A stretch of 64,000 nucleotides of DNA from Candidatus Uhrbacteria bacterium (GCA_037131775.1 JBAXQK010000004.1:11054-75053); one strand, 5' to 3'; positions 28,527 through 41,480 are shown, counted from the first letter of the stretch. Notes: generated by a model from the letters alone, not told the origin. Numbers and translations: made by a program.

Positions 28527-29303
28527 ATGGAAGCTCTTTCCGCAAAAGAGAGGATCATCGTCCCGATCGACACGGACGATCTCAACCGCGCCGTCGAGCT
28601 GGTCGCAGACCTGAGGGATCACGTCGGCGCATTCAAGTTCGGGCTCGAGTTCGGGACCAGTCTCCTCGTGTCGCTTGTGCGCGGGACCGACTGCGACGGC
28701 GCGCGCGCCCAACTCGACCTGGCTTGCGAACTGTTCCGCCTGCTCGACGGTCGCGTCATGTGGGACGGGAAGTTCGACGACATCCCGAATACCATGGGCG
28801 GCGCCGCGCGGGGGACCAACGCCCTGCGCCCGAAGTTCCTCACGGTGCACGCGTCGAGCGGCATCGACGGGATGTTTGCCGCCGTGGACAACCGTGGCGA
28901 GGCGAGCGTTCTCGCGGTGACGGTGCTCACCTCGCGCGGAGAGGACGACGCGCATCTCACCTTCGGCGGACCGACCAAGGCGAAGGTCCTTCAGTTCGCG
29001 CGCGAGGCGGTGCTCGCCGGCGCGCAGGGAATCGTCTGTTCGCCACAGGAGTTGGGTCTCATCAAGTCGCGCCGCGAGCTGAAGGGACTCGTGACGGTCG
29101 TCCCGGGCGTGCGTCCGACCTGGGCCGCCGCGAACGACCAGAAGCGTGTGATGACGCCAGGCGAAGCCGTGAGGGCTGGTGCCGACTACCTCGTCATCGG
29201 CCGCCCCATCATCCAGCCGCCCGAGAAGTTCCTCTATCCCCACGAGGCCGCCGACATGATCGCCGGGGAAATCGCGAACGCGCTCGGCCAGACCGCGCTC
29301 TGA
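28527..29303 (+). CDS. pyrF: Orotidine-5'-phosphate decarboxylase
   Basis: DGKFDDIPNT, VTVLTS, PGVRP, DQKR, GADYLVIGRPI. Confidence 0.95.
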   Translation: MEALSAKERIIVPIDTDDLNRAVELVADLRDHVGAFKFGLEFGTSLLVSLVRGTDCDGARAQLDLACELFRLLDGRVMWDGKFDDIPNTMGGAARGTNALRPKFLTVHASSGIDGMFAAVDNRGEASVLAVTVLTSRGEDDAHLTFGGPTKAKVLQFAREAVLAGAQGIVCSPQELGLIKSRRELKGLVTVVPGVRPTWAAANDQKRVMTPGEAVRAGADYLVIGRPIIQPPEKFLYPHEAADMIAGEIANALGQTAL

Positions 29304-29374
29304 CCTCTCGACCCAACCGGGCCGATTTTTCTTTTCTCGACACCTGCCCCCGTTTCCGCTAAGCTCTTCCTACT

Positions 29375-30025
29375 ATGCGCATCATTCTCGTCCACGGATT
29401 CAACGCGTCCCCCGAAATGAACTTCCATCCATGGCTCGCCCGAGAGTTGCGCGCCAAGGGATACGAGGTCGTCGTGCCGACGCTCCCGCTGAAGAGCGGG
29501 GAGGAGTTGGATTTGCCGGTGGTCATCGAGGAGATGAAGAGGCAGGTGGGGTACCTGGGGCCGGAGGACATTCTCGTGGGCCACTCGCTCGGGGCGCTCA
29601 TCGCGCTGCAGTACATGGAGGCGATTGAGATGACCGAGACGCCGCGCGCGGTGATCATGGTAGCGGCGCCGTTCAAGGTGGCCAAGCCCGAGCTGCGCCG
29701 GCTGTTTCTCGTGGACCTGGACGCGGACGTGGCCATCTGGAAGGCCAAGGAATTCTTCGTGGTCCATTCGAAGGACGACGCGCTCGTTCCGTTCGAGCAC
29801 GGCCAGAAGCTTGCCGCGTTCCTGAAGGCGACGCTCGTCGCGACCGAGACGGACGGCCACTTTATGGACGCCGAATATCCCAAGCTTCTCGAGCTTGTCG
29901 ATTCCGTCGCGTCGTCGCCGTTTCCCTATTCGCCGGGATTGTCGCTCAAGAACGACTATGAGAACAAGGCATGGGCGGACCGCATCGCGCCGTCGACGGG
30001 GACGAAACCAGACTGGATGACCTAG
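29375..30025 (+). CDS. Alpha/beta hydrolase (YdeN/RBBP9-like)
   Basis: VHG, GHSLG, HSKDD, GHF. Confidence 0.85.
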   Translation: MRIILVHGFNASPEMNFHPWLARELRAKGYEVVVPTLPLKSGEELDLPVVIEEMKRQVGYLGPEDILVGHSLGALIALQYMEAIEMTETPRAVIMVAAPFKVAKPELRRLFLVDLDADVAIWKAKEFFVVHSKDDALVPFEHGQKLAAFLKATLVATETDGHFMDAEYPKLLELVDSVASSPFPYSPGLSLKNDYENKAWADRIAPSTGTKPDWMT

Positions 30026-30028
30026 CGT

Positions 30029-30646
30029 ATGCGTCACTATGTCTATGACTTCGACTCGACGCTTTACGCGACGCAAACCGTCTGGGAGGTTTGGAGCGAG
30101 ATGCTCATCGGCGCGGGATTCGACGCGGCATCCGTGTTTGCCGCGTACCAGGAAGTTCTTCCGCGCGGGTATTCGCCGATAAAGCACGCGGACGCGCTCG
30201 GCGTTTCCGACGCGCTTCGTTACGATCTGATCGTTCGGTTCCGCGCGATCCTCACGGACCGAAGTCCGTCGCTTCTCTTCGATGACGTCGCGCCCTTCGT
30301 CGAATCGAGACGGGACGTTCACCGGCAGACGATCCTGACGCAGGGCGACGAGGAGCATCAGTGGGAAAAGATGCGGGCGAGCGGGATCGACCTGCTCGTG
30401 CCGCGCGTCGTGATCACCGTGCCGGACGGATCCAAGACCGAGCGCCTTGCCGAGATGCTCGCCGAAGATCCGACGCCGATCACGTTCGTCGACGACAACC
30501 CGCACCACCTCACGCGCGTCCACGCGAGCGGACTGCCGATCACGATCGTTCGCATGATGCGCCCGGGCGAGACCCTCGCGATCGCGCCGCACGAGCTCGA
30601 CGGCGTGGCATGGAAGGTCGTCTCGTCGCTGAGGGAACTCGACTAG
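30029..30646 (+). CDS. HAD-family hydrolase
   Basis: YDFDSTL, FVDD. Confidence 0.85.
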   Translation: MRHYVYDFDSTLYATQTVWEVWSEMLIGAGFDAASVFAAYQEVLPRGYSPIKHADALGVSDALRYDLIVRFRAILTDRSPSLLFDDVAPFVESRRDVHRQTILTQGDEEHQWEKMRASGIDLLVPRVVITVPDGSKTERLAEMLAEDPTPITFVDDNPHHLTRVHASGLPITIVRMMRPGETLAIAPHELDGVAWKVVSSLRELD

Positions 30647-30725
30647 TGTGACGGACGGTTCGCGCATGACGCGAACCGTCCGTTTTTGGTACAATGATGT
30701 CCGATTATTCACTTATCCACAACCT

Positions 30726-32303
30726 ATGCAGCTCGCAAAGGGATCTCCGGAAGGAAAGGGAAAGGAAGCGCCGGCGGCAGAGATGGGAGCAGACGAGATC
30801 GACCTTGGGCTGGACGGGCTGGATCTCGGGGCAATCAAGGCGGCCACGGAATCGGCGTTGGCGGACTCCGCGGAACTTGCTCGGCTGGCGGGCATGTCCG
30901 AGAAGGAAGTGGATGGCATGATCGCGCAGATGAAGGCGACGGAAAAGAAGATCGAGAAGGCGCTGAAGTTCCGCGAAATTTTCCGAAAGGGGACGGAGGC
31001 TTTCGACCCGTATGCCGAACTTTCCATCAAGACGCTCGATCGGCTGTTGGAGGAGGGCGTCATTTCCAAAAAGAATGTCGAGAGCCTGCAGGCGCTTCAG
31101 AAGAGCGTGTCGGACATGCTCGCCGCGAAGGTCCTGACCACGGCCGCAGAACAGCTGCGCGACGCCAATATCAACCGAATAAATACGGCCTCGGATGCCA
31201 TCGACGCGAAGGTCGCGGCGATGCGCGAGCCGATCAATGCGCGCCGTGCCGAGCTGAAGACGGCCGGCGAGGCGTTTTACGTGGAATGGATCGCCGAGCT
31301 CGAGGGGCTGCTGAAGTCGGTGCGGGAGAACCCGCGCGTCATCGACAAGCTGGACAAGACGGAGAAGAGCCTGCGCGCGTCCGTCGAAGGGAAGCGTGCC
31401 AAGGAGCTGAAGGAGGCGTACGACAGCATTCGACGCGACATCCAGTCGATCGCGGCCCGAAACGACGCGGCGTTCAAGCGCCTCGGGGAGATCGCCGGCG
31501 ACGCGAAGGTGCGGCAGACCCTCGTGGAGGCGATGAAGTCCGGCGACCTGAAGAAGATGAACGAGGCGTTCGTGGCCGTGAAGAACAAGCTGCGCGACTC
31601 CGTCCTGCACGGAACGGGCGCGGCGGCCCTCAAGGATCCGTCCGAGGTGGTTCCGTGGGAGCAGAAGACGAAGATCGACTATGCCAGCGCGGTGGATTTC
31701 CTGAAGTCGCCCTTCGCCGAGGAGGCGCTGCGAAAGCAGGCCGAGGGCGGGGACGAGCTTGCGAAGAAGCTGATCGCGCAGCGCGCCGTCGTTCTCGACG
31801 AGCACCAGGCCCTGCGTCAGCTGATTGGAAGCCGCTGGAGTGGGAAGGGCGTTCCCGGGCCGTTCTGGGAGCTGTTCAAGAACCGCGACAAATATCTTGC
31901 CGACGAGGCCTCGCAGGCCGCCGCGGAGGCGAAGCGCACGCAGGAGGCCCGCCGCAAGGACGCGGAATTCATGGAGAAGGCTCGCGACATCATTGCGCGC
32001 GGCGGACTGGTCGTCTCGCCGGGGATCTATGAGAACCTGCGCAGCGGCGGGGTTCGCCGCGTTGGCACGGGCCGCGGGGTCGTTCGTCTTGCAGAGAACA
32101 TTAACAAGAAGTCCATGAAGGTGTGGAAGGTCGCGGAGACCCACGGCGACGTGGACACGGCCAAGGTTGGAACGGAGTACAGCGCGACGCTGCTCGACGC
32201 GCCGAAGTGGCTGCGTGACGCGGCCGACGGAAAGTTTGAGATGCGCGGCGATAAGTACTGGACCCGCAAGCCGGAGGCTGCGGTTCCGGGCAAGAAGGAA
32301 TAG
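30726..32303 (+). CDS. Hypothetical helical/coiled-coil protein
   Basis: Long Ala/Glu/Lys-rich ORF. Confidence 0.7.
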   Translation: MQLAKGSPEGKGKEAPAAEMGADEIDLGLDGLDLGAIKAATESALADSAELARLAGMSEKEVDGMIAQMKATEKKIEKALKFREIFRKGTEAFDPYAELSIKTLDRLLEEGVISKKNVESLQALQKSVSDMLAAKVLTTAAEQLRDANINRINTASDAIDAKVAAMREPINARRAELKTAGEAFYVEWIAELEGLLKSVRENPRVIDKLDKTEKSLRASVEGKRAKELKEAYDSIRRDIQSIAARNDAAFKRLGEIAGDAKVRQTLVEAMKSGDLKKMNEAFVAVKNKLRDSVLHGTGAAALKDPSEVVPWEQKTKIDYASAVDFLKSPFAEEALRKQAEGGDELAKKLIAQRAVVLDEHQALRQLIGSRWSGKGVPGPFWELFKNRDKYLADEASQAAAEAKRTQEARRKDAEFMEKARDIIARGGLVVSPGIYENLRSGGVRRVGTGRGVVRLAENINKKSMKVWKVAETHGDVDTAKVGTEYSATLLDAPKWLRDAADGKFEMRGDKYWTRKPEAAVPGKKE

Positions 32304-32344
32304 GTTCGAAAGAAAAGACGGGGCGAGAGAAATCTCGCTCCGTT

Positions 32345-33199
32345 TTAGGTTCGTTGGGCGACGAAGATGCCGACGTCGTGGGTCATCGTTTCGGGGAAGC
32401 GGGTGCGAAACCAGAAGCGGATTTCATCCTGGGCGTATTGAGGAAGTTCGTCGAAGTCGCGTTCGAGGAAGAAGGTGAGGAGGTTGCGGCCGTCCTGGGA
32501 ATTGGGGTCGTGGCAGGGGGCGACGTTTACCGTGCTGGGGAAAGAGGTGAAACCGGTTTCCGGGAGATGGCGGGCGAGATCCTTGTAGGTGGAGATGACG
32601 TGTTCGCCGGGGTGGACGAAGGGGCGATAGCGTTGGTGGAACTGGTGGATGCCACGGGGGCCGTGGTGGACGATCAGTGTTTCCTTTCCGAGGGAGAGGA
32701 GGTGGGGGATCGAGGTTGGCCAGTCGGGGACGTAGTAGAGGGAGTGGCTGGCGATGACGAGATCGTACGGTTCCGTCGATGGGCCGATTTCATTTAGGGG
32801 GACGGGGTGGAAGGTGATGTTCGCACGGTTGGGGGCGACGGAGTAGGTCTTGAAGACGTCGAGCTGTTCTTGGTAGGGGTCGGTGGCCGTGTAGTGGAAC
32901 GGGATTTGGAGGTCGTCGAGGAGCTGGAGGATGCGGATGGCAGTGTGGCCGGTGCCGTCGCCGATGCCGAGGATTCGACGAGCGGGGACGGGACTACCAC
33001 CGCCGTTGGCGGGGTCCCGCCCGACGGCGGGAAAGTCCCTGGGAAATCGGGGGGACTGGGAGAACCGCATTCTTTGGAAGATGGCGGGGAGGCGGGCGAG
33101 GAGGAGATCCTTTTCATCGGTGTGACGGAGCCAGGTGGCGTAGGGATTTTCGGCTGGGTTGTCGATGTTTTTCGTGTAGATGTCTTTTTGAAAGGGCAT
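32345..33199 (-). CDS. Class I SAM-dependent methyltransferase
   Basis: ILGIGDGTG, TDP, YDLVIASHSLYYVPDW. Confidence 0.85.
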   Translation of the reverse strand: MPFQKDIYTKNIDNPAENPYATWLRHTDEKDLLLARLPAIFQRMRFSQSPRFPRDFPAVGRDPANGGGSPVPARRILGIGDGTGHTAIRILQLLDDLQIPFHYTATDPYQEQLDVFKTYSVAPNRANITFHPVPLNEIGPSTEPYDLVIASHSLYYVPDWPTSIPHLLSLGKETLIVHHGPRGIHQFHQRYRPFVHPGEHVISTYKDLARHLPETGFTSFPSTVNVAPCHDPNSQDGRNLLTFFLERDFDELPQYAQDEIRFWFRTRFPETMTHDVGIFVAQRT

Positions 33200-33311
33200 G
33201 GGGTGCTCCGTTGTTGCTCGATTCCTGAGCCTTAAAAGTATGGCCCAAAGTGATAAAAATCTGCAATAATTTGTTATTTTGGACCGAAATATGGTATGAT
33301 TATGGCCCAAT

Positions 33312-34295
33312 ATGACAATATCTGAAAAACAGCAAATTATACTTTCCAAAATAGAAATGGATGCCTCCATCCCTTTGGTTGCCATCCGGAAGGCGACGAA
33401 CTTTCGGAGCCACACCATCCGCTATGGCATTTCCTGCATGGAGCGCGACGGAATTGTCCGCCGATCAACGTTCATAAATGTCTATCCGATCGGCTACGTC
33501 CACTACGCCATCTACTTTTCCCTTTCCCCGCAATCCAAATCCCAGAAGCAATCCTTCCTAGATTTCCTCGTCGCCTCCCCGAACGTCTCCTGGCTCGCCG
33601 AACTTGGCGGCGACTACCAATACGCCATGGCCATCTCCGTCCGCAACCCATCCGAAGTCTCTAAATTTCTTTCCCTCATAACCGAAACGTTCGGCAACGT
33701 TCTCTCCCAGAAGTCCGTCCACGTAAGGACAAACTTCACTCAATTCAACCGAAAGTACATCAACGCCCAGCCGCCAAAGTTCCTGTCGTTCGGTCCGACC
33801 GTCCCATCTCTCATAACTGACGTAAACCCGTTTTTCGTCAAACTAGATGCCACCGACCACAAAATCCTCCGCGCCCTCGGCCAGAATCTCTATCCGACGG
33901 AACGCGAAGCCCAGTTCCGCCTGCAAATTCCCCACACCACCTGGCGCAACCGCGTGAACCGTCTGCGGGAGCAGGGAGTCATCATCGCCGACTTCTACCT
34001 GGTCAGCCCGTCGAAGCTCGGCATGCAGTCCTTCGAGCTCCTCGTCCACGCAAAGGGCGTCCGCGCCAACCTCTCGGAGCGCCTCCTCGCGTTCGCAACG
34101 TCGCACCCGCGCATCGTCCACTTCGTCGAGGGGATCGGCGAATGGGACTTCGAGCTCGGCGTCGAGGTCGAGAACGCGCAGGACATCGTGGCCGTGACCG
34201 AGGAGATCCACGAGGCGTTCGCCGACGACATCCTTGCGCTCAAGACCCTCCCGCTGTTCGCGAATCTGAAGTATTCGCTGTACCCGTTCGTCTAA
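33312..34295 (+). CDS. Tandem Lrp/AsnC-type regulator
   Basis: Two HTH plus AsnC repeats (LGGDYQY; LDATDHKIL..GIGEWDFEL). Confidence 0.8.
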   Translation: MTISEKQQIILSKIEMDASIPLVAIRKATNFRSHTIRYGISCMERDGIVRRSTFINVYPIGYVHYAIYFSLSPQSKSQKQSFLDFLVASPNVSWLAELGGDYQYAMAISVRNPSEVSKFLSLITETFGNVLSQKSVHVRTNFTQFNRKYINAQPPKFLSFGPTVPSLITDVNPFFVKLDATDHKILRALGQNLYPTEREAQFRLQIPHTTWRNRVNRLREQGVIIADFYLVSPSKLGMQSFELLVHAKGVRANLSERLLAFATSHPRIVHFVEGIGEWDFELGVEVENAQDIVAVTEEIHEAFADDILALKTLPLFANLKYSLYPFV

Positions 34296-34334
34296 AAGAA
34301 AAATCCGCCTTCCCTTAGGGACGGCGGAAAGCGG

Positions 34335-34913
34335 TCAGATCTCGAGGTACGGTTCCCACGTCTCGGGCATTGCCTTTACCCGCGAGCAAAGGATTCGGAC
34401 GCTCGTGAGTATTCCGGGAGAGGTCGGCACGGACAGGAGCGGCATGTTCGCCTCCCCGGGCGTCCGTCCCGCCTTGCGGAGGTTGCACGGCTCGCACGCG
34501 GCCACGAGGTTTTCCCACGAGCTGACCGGGACGCAGACGCCCTCGTACCAGGATTCGACGTACCCGTATTCCGCCTGGCAGCGCGGAACCACGTGGTCGA
34601 TGGTGAGTGCGTCCATGTTCGGATGCCCGACGCCGTTGCGCGGCTCGACGCCGCAGTACTGACACGCGAACCGGTCGCGCGCGATGACGTTGCGCCGGTT
34701 GGCGGTCAGCCCGAGCCCGACCGTCCGCGAAGGGTCGAGGATGACCGATGGCCACGGGACGTCGAGGTGGGCGGACCGAACGAATCGCCCGGGATACGCC
34801 TGTATTCGCCTCGCCCCGCCGTCGAGGCACATCTGCACCGCCTGCTGCCACGCGATGATCCCGACGGGAAAGAGCTTGTCGTTCAGGACGAGCGTGTTGA
34901 GAAATGGACTCAA
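34335..34913 (-). CDS. HNH endonuclease (McrA-like)
   Basis: RRNVIARDRFACQYCG, TIDHVVPR, WENLVAACEPCNLRK. Confidence 0.9.
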   Translation of the reverse strand: MSPFLNTLVLNDKLFPVGIIAWQQAVQMCLDGGARRIQAYPGRFVRSAHLDVPWPSVILDPSRTVGLGLTANRRNVIARDRFACQYCGVEPRNGVGHPNMDALTIDHVVPRCQAEYGYVESWYEGVCVPVSSWENLVAACEPCNLRKAGRTPGEANMPLLSVPTSPGILTSVRILCSRVKAMPETWEPYLEI

Positions 34914-35024
34914 GAGAGTCTCCTAGTCTGCGTGGATTGTACGGATTTTTAGGGAAATGTCAATGCACCAGCGGCCACTCTGTTTTGCTGGACATTTCCC
35001 AGAAAATTTGCTAAAATATCGCAT

Positions 35025-35219
35025 ATGTATAACTGGTCGACCGACGAGGAACTGCTGAAGAATGATCCGGAAGCCCATGCCGTCTGGCGGCTGGAGCAGT
35101 TGGTCAACTTCGGGTTGAACGACCAGAAGCTGAGCGTGGCCGCCCTGAGGAAATACTGGGATCGTCTCGTCATCGATCCTGTTCGCAAAAGCTATCTCGC
35201 ATTTCTTCTGCATGGATAA
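35025..35219 (+). CDS. Putative antitoxin partner of AbiEii
   Basis: 64 aa (WRLEQLVNFGL); overlaps the toxin start. Confidence 0.65.
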   Translation: MYNWSTDEELLKNDPEAHAVWRLEQLVNFGLNDQKLSVAALRKYWDRLVIDPVRKSYLAFLLHG

Positions 35220-35871
35220 TCAGATCCTCACCCCCGATCAAATCGCGTTCCTCGAACGGATCGGACAGACTCCGTTTCTGACCGAGCGCTTCTACCTGAC
35301 AGGCGGAACCCCGCTGGCGGCGTTTTATCTCGGTCACCGGTATTCCGAGGACCTCGATTTTTTTTCCGAGCAGGAGGTGGATATCGCGGCTCTGAATGCC
35401 TTCTGGCAGGATGCGAAGGCCGGCCTTGGCATTCTGAAGATCGACGCGCAACAGAGCTATAACCGAAACCTGTTCTTCTTCCACCTTGCGAGCGGAGTCC
35501 TCAAGGCGGAGTTTACCTATTTCCCGTTTCCACGCATCGAGACCGGCCCTGTCCGCTATGGGATTGAGACGGAAAGCACGATCGACATCGCGGTGAACAA
35601 ATTGTTCACAATTTATCAGCGCACGAAGGCGCGCGACTACATCGACCTGTACTGTATCTGCCAGAAGCAGGGATACGATATTGCCGACCTCATCAAGAAG
35701 GCACGAATGAAATTCGATTACCACATCGATCTCCTCCAGCTTGGTACGCAATTTTTCAAGGCAACGGCCGCCCCGGACCTGCCGCGCATGATCCTCGATG
35801 TGCCCGCAAAGGAGTGGCAGGGCTTCTTCTTGGAAGAGGCGAGGAAATTGCAGAAGGGAATTTTGGAATAG
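35212..35871 (+). CDS. AbiEii/AbiGii nucleotidyltransferase toxin
   Basis: FYLTGGTPLA..HRYSEDLDFF..NKL..RDYIDL. Confidence 0.9.
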   Translation: MDNQILTPDQIAFLERIGQTPFLTERFYLTGGTPLAAFYLGHRYSEDLDFFSEQEVDIAALNAFWQDAKAGLGILKIDAQQSYNRNLFFFHLASGVLKAEFTYFPFPRIETGPVRYGIETESTIDIAVNKLFTIYQRTKARDYIDLYCICQKQGYDIADLIKKARMKFDYHIDLLQLGTQFFKATAAPDLPRMILDVPAKEWQGFFLEEARKLQKGILE

Positions 35872-35899
35872 AAAAAACCCGCCAGGTCAGGCGGGAGGG

Positions 35900-36619
35900 T
35901 CACGAGGGTCCGAAGAGGTTCTTGCGATATGCGTTGACCGCGTCCTCCACGAGGCCGTACGGCTGGCCCCAGCCGCCGAACGCCTTGAGGATCGTCTTGC
36001 GTCGCGCGACGAGTTCCGCGATCTTTGCGTCTATCATGGCGAGGCTCACGAACGTGGTGTGCGCCTCGACCGCGAGCCACATCCACATGCGTGCCGCAGG
36101 CTCGATCATGTCCAATCGTTTGGCCGCGCCCTGCATGACGCGGATATACTCGAGCACGTGGACGGCACGCTCGATGTTGTCGGCCCACTCGCGCAGCGCG
36201 TCGGCCGTCGGGAAAGCGTCCATATCCTCCGCGAACCTGGACGGCTCAATCTCGCGCGTTGCGAGGTCAGCCGGCAGCATCGCGTTCACCAGTTCGGCCC
36301 ACAGGTCGGGCGCGTACCGCTGGCCGAGCGGGATGTTGAATTCCTTCAGCGTCCATTCGATATCGCCAGACTTGTCGCGCCCGATCCCCTTGAGCGCAAG
36401 CGTCGCCCCATAGCGGACCGGGGACGGCTCCGTCTGCGCGAGCTGCCACGCGAACTTGATGTTCAGGCGCAGCAGGGCAAGCCGGGTTGCGTATCCGAGG
36501 CGACGGTTGAACGTTCCCCCGTTGACGCTCGGGTCCGGATACCGCTCGTCCGAGATGCGCGTGACAAGCACGTCGAACGCCCCGTTCGCGCGCGCCGCTT
36601 CCAGCGTAAGTGGTTCCAT
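35900..36619 (-). CDS. Hypothetical protein
   Basis: AGGAG RBS; own TTGACG promoter and terminator. Confidence 0.6.
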   Translation of the reverse strand: MEPLTLEAARANGAFDVLVTRISDERYPDPSVNGGTFNRRLGYATRLALLRLNIKFAWQLAQTEPSPVRYGATLALKGIGRDKSGDIEWTLKEFNIPLGQRYAPDLWAELVNAMLPADLATREIEPSRFAEDMDAFPTADALREWADNIERAVHVLEYIRVMQGAAKRLDMIEPAARMWMWLAVEAHTTFVSLAMIDAKIAELVARRKTILKAFGGWGQPYGLVEDAVNAYRKNLFGPS

Positions 36620-36676
36620 GTCGCTTTCTCCTTCTCCTTTCGGAGATCCCGACGCTACCAGGAAAACCAGCCCGCG

Positions 36677-37102
36677 TCAATAATGGTATGTCTTCCCGGC
36701 GAGGATCGTCATCGCCCGATAGATCTGCTCGTACAGCACCGTGGTCGCCATATCATGCGGGAACGTCAGTTTCGACAATGACAATGTCGCGTCGAAGCCG
36801 TTACTACCAACGCTCGGTGTTGGTAGTTGGGGGCCGAACGGCCCGGCGACGACGAACTCGATCGGGCGCGTTTCATGCTCGCTCCAGGCCAGGAGCTGCT
36901 TGGCAAACTGCGGGGAATCGTATTCCTTGCCGTGCTCGGTGAGCAGCACGGAGAACGCGTCCTTCGCGACCCTACGAACCTCCTTTATCTCCGACGCGTC
37001 GACGCGCGCGAACCCTTTCAGCAGCTTTTGATAATGCGAAACAAGCTCCGCGAGCGGACCCTTCTTCATGCTGCCGACGGTGACGATGTGGAAGCGGAAC
37101 AT
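36677..37102 (-). CDS. rlmH: 23S rRNA pseudouridine-1915 N3-methyltransferase
   Basis: SLSKLTFPH..EQIYRA..YH; contains palindromic insert. Confidence 0.93.
   Translation of the reverse strand: MFRFHIVTVGSMKKGPLAELVSHYQKLLKGFARVDASEIKEVRRVAKDAFSVLLTEHGKEYDSPQFAKQLLAWSEHETRPIEFVVAGPFGPQLPTPSVGSNGFDATLSLSKLTFPHDMATTVLYEQIYRAMTILAGKTYHY
36803..36827. repeat. 25-bp palindromic element inside rlmH
   Basis: ACTACCAAC-GCTCGGT-GTTGGTAGT, identical to 45096-45120. Confidence 0.9.
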
Positions 37103-37182
37103 GCGACCAGGATACGCGACCGTCCTGCGATTGACAATCGGGCGGATTTCTGGTAGCGTTGCCCTCTTCCATGGAGGATGGA

Positions 37183-37908
37183 ATGGACCTTTTCACATCG
37201 AACGCCCAGCTCTTTGCCGGCATTGCCGTCGGCCTCATCATCGCGTTCCCGCTGTTGGCCGCAATGCATTGGTACCACACTCGGATCGGAATAAAGAAAG
37301 ACGCGAAGATCGCCGCGAAGGACGCGAAGATCGCCGAGCTCGAGCCGCTCGTTTTTATAGACGTTCTTACCGGAACCGGCAACCGGCGGAAGTTCGACGA
37401 CGCGCTTGCGTCGTTGGTTCCACACGCGATGCGGGCCGGCGAACCACTCGTGATCCTGTACCTGGACGTGAACGACTTCAAGAAGTTCAACGACAGGTTT
37501 GGACACCCGTTCGGCGACAGGGTATTGCGCCGTGTCTCGGAATCGATCGGGGACGCGGTTCGTCCGACGGACATCGTGTGCCGCTTCGGAGGCGACGAGT
37601 TCGCGGTCATCCTTCCGCACTGCGGCATTCCCGGCGCGACGATCGTTGCCGGCCGCATCGCGAGATCATTGGCGGCCAACGCGGTCTCTCGTGATGATGA
37701 GCAGGTTCATCCATGTGTCTCCATCGGCGGAACGTGCCTGGATACGAAGGGCGGACAGATCCTGGTCGGCGGGAAGCTCGTCGGCTCGTTCAACGAGTCC
37801 GGTCTTTTTGCCAAGATTCCTCCGCTCTTGCGGCAGGGCGCGGACAACCGGCTTTACGTCGCGAAGCAACGCAAGGAGTCGGAATCGTATCCGACGGAAA
37901 TCTCGTAG
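37183..37908 (+). CDS. Membrane-anchored diguanylate cyclase (GGDEF)
   Basis: DVLTG..NRR, DVNDFKKFND.FGH..GD, RPTD I-site, RFGGDEF. Confidence 0.9.
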   Translation: MDLFTSNAQLFAGIAVGLIIAFPLLAAMHWYHTRIGIKKDAKIAAKDAKIAELEPLVFIDVLTGTGNRRKFDDALASLVPHAMRAGEPLVILYLDVNDFKKFNDRFGHPFGDRVLRRVSESIGDAVRPTDIVCRFGGDEFAVILPHCGIPGATIVAGRIARSLAANAVSRDDEQVHPCVSIGGTCLDTKGGQILVGGKLVGSFNESGLFAKIPPLLRQGADNRLYVAKQRKESESYPTEIS

Positions 37909-37942
37909 CCCGAAAACGGGCTATTTTTAATAGAAAAACACG

Positions 37943-38021
37943 TTATCCACAGGTATGGATCCTGAACTGTGGATAGGTGGTTGGCACAGCCCTTGACACG
38001 CTTTTCCGCATCAAGTATTAT
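37943..38021 (+). promoter_or_regulatory. Inverted DnaA-box pair and rRNA promoter
   Basis: TTATCCACA (37943), TGTGGATAG (about 37967), TTGACA-17-TATTAT from 37993. Confidence 0.6.
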
Positions 38022-38250
38022 TTCGCCACAACCAAGGGGAAAGATACCTTCTGTGTCCCGAGAATGTCCTGATTGAACTGGATGGGATGGAGGGAAGGCC
38101 GCGAGTCGATTTCGAACGCGGTTTTTGTATCCAATTCGCCTGTGGCCGATCGTTCACAATTGAGAGTGATAGAGAATCCAAATAAGAATTGATAGTTCAA
38201 TCCTGTTTGAGGACCGTGACCTTCTAACCGTCACGATCTGAATTGACAGT

Positions 38251-41317
<3,067 letters not shown>

Positions 41318-41370
41318 ACTGTCAGTTTGGATCAGATCTCTCCACTCAAAAACAAGAAAGGGTTCCATTG

Positions 41371-41480
41371 TCTTGGTGCCACTTCCCAACGGGTCACACC
41401 TGTTCCCATCTCGAACACAGAAGTTAAGCCGCATGGGGCCGATGATAGTGCGATTGCGCGAAAGTAGGTGGGCGCCAGGA
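41371..41480 (+). rRNA. rrf: 5S rRNA
   Basis: CACCTGTTCCCATCTCGAACACAGAAGTTAAG; paired ends. Confidence 0.95.

Noticed and set aside
27054-29243. 729-aa minus-strand ORF and many similar long overlapping ORFs
   Set aside because: Antisense shadows of lysC/pyrF and other real genes, expected at high GC; no motifs.
37943-37975. Replication origin
   Set aside because: Only two DnaA boxes, no dnaA or clear unwinding element; single boxes also occur at about 25494, 30713 and 47056.
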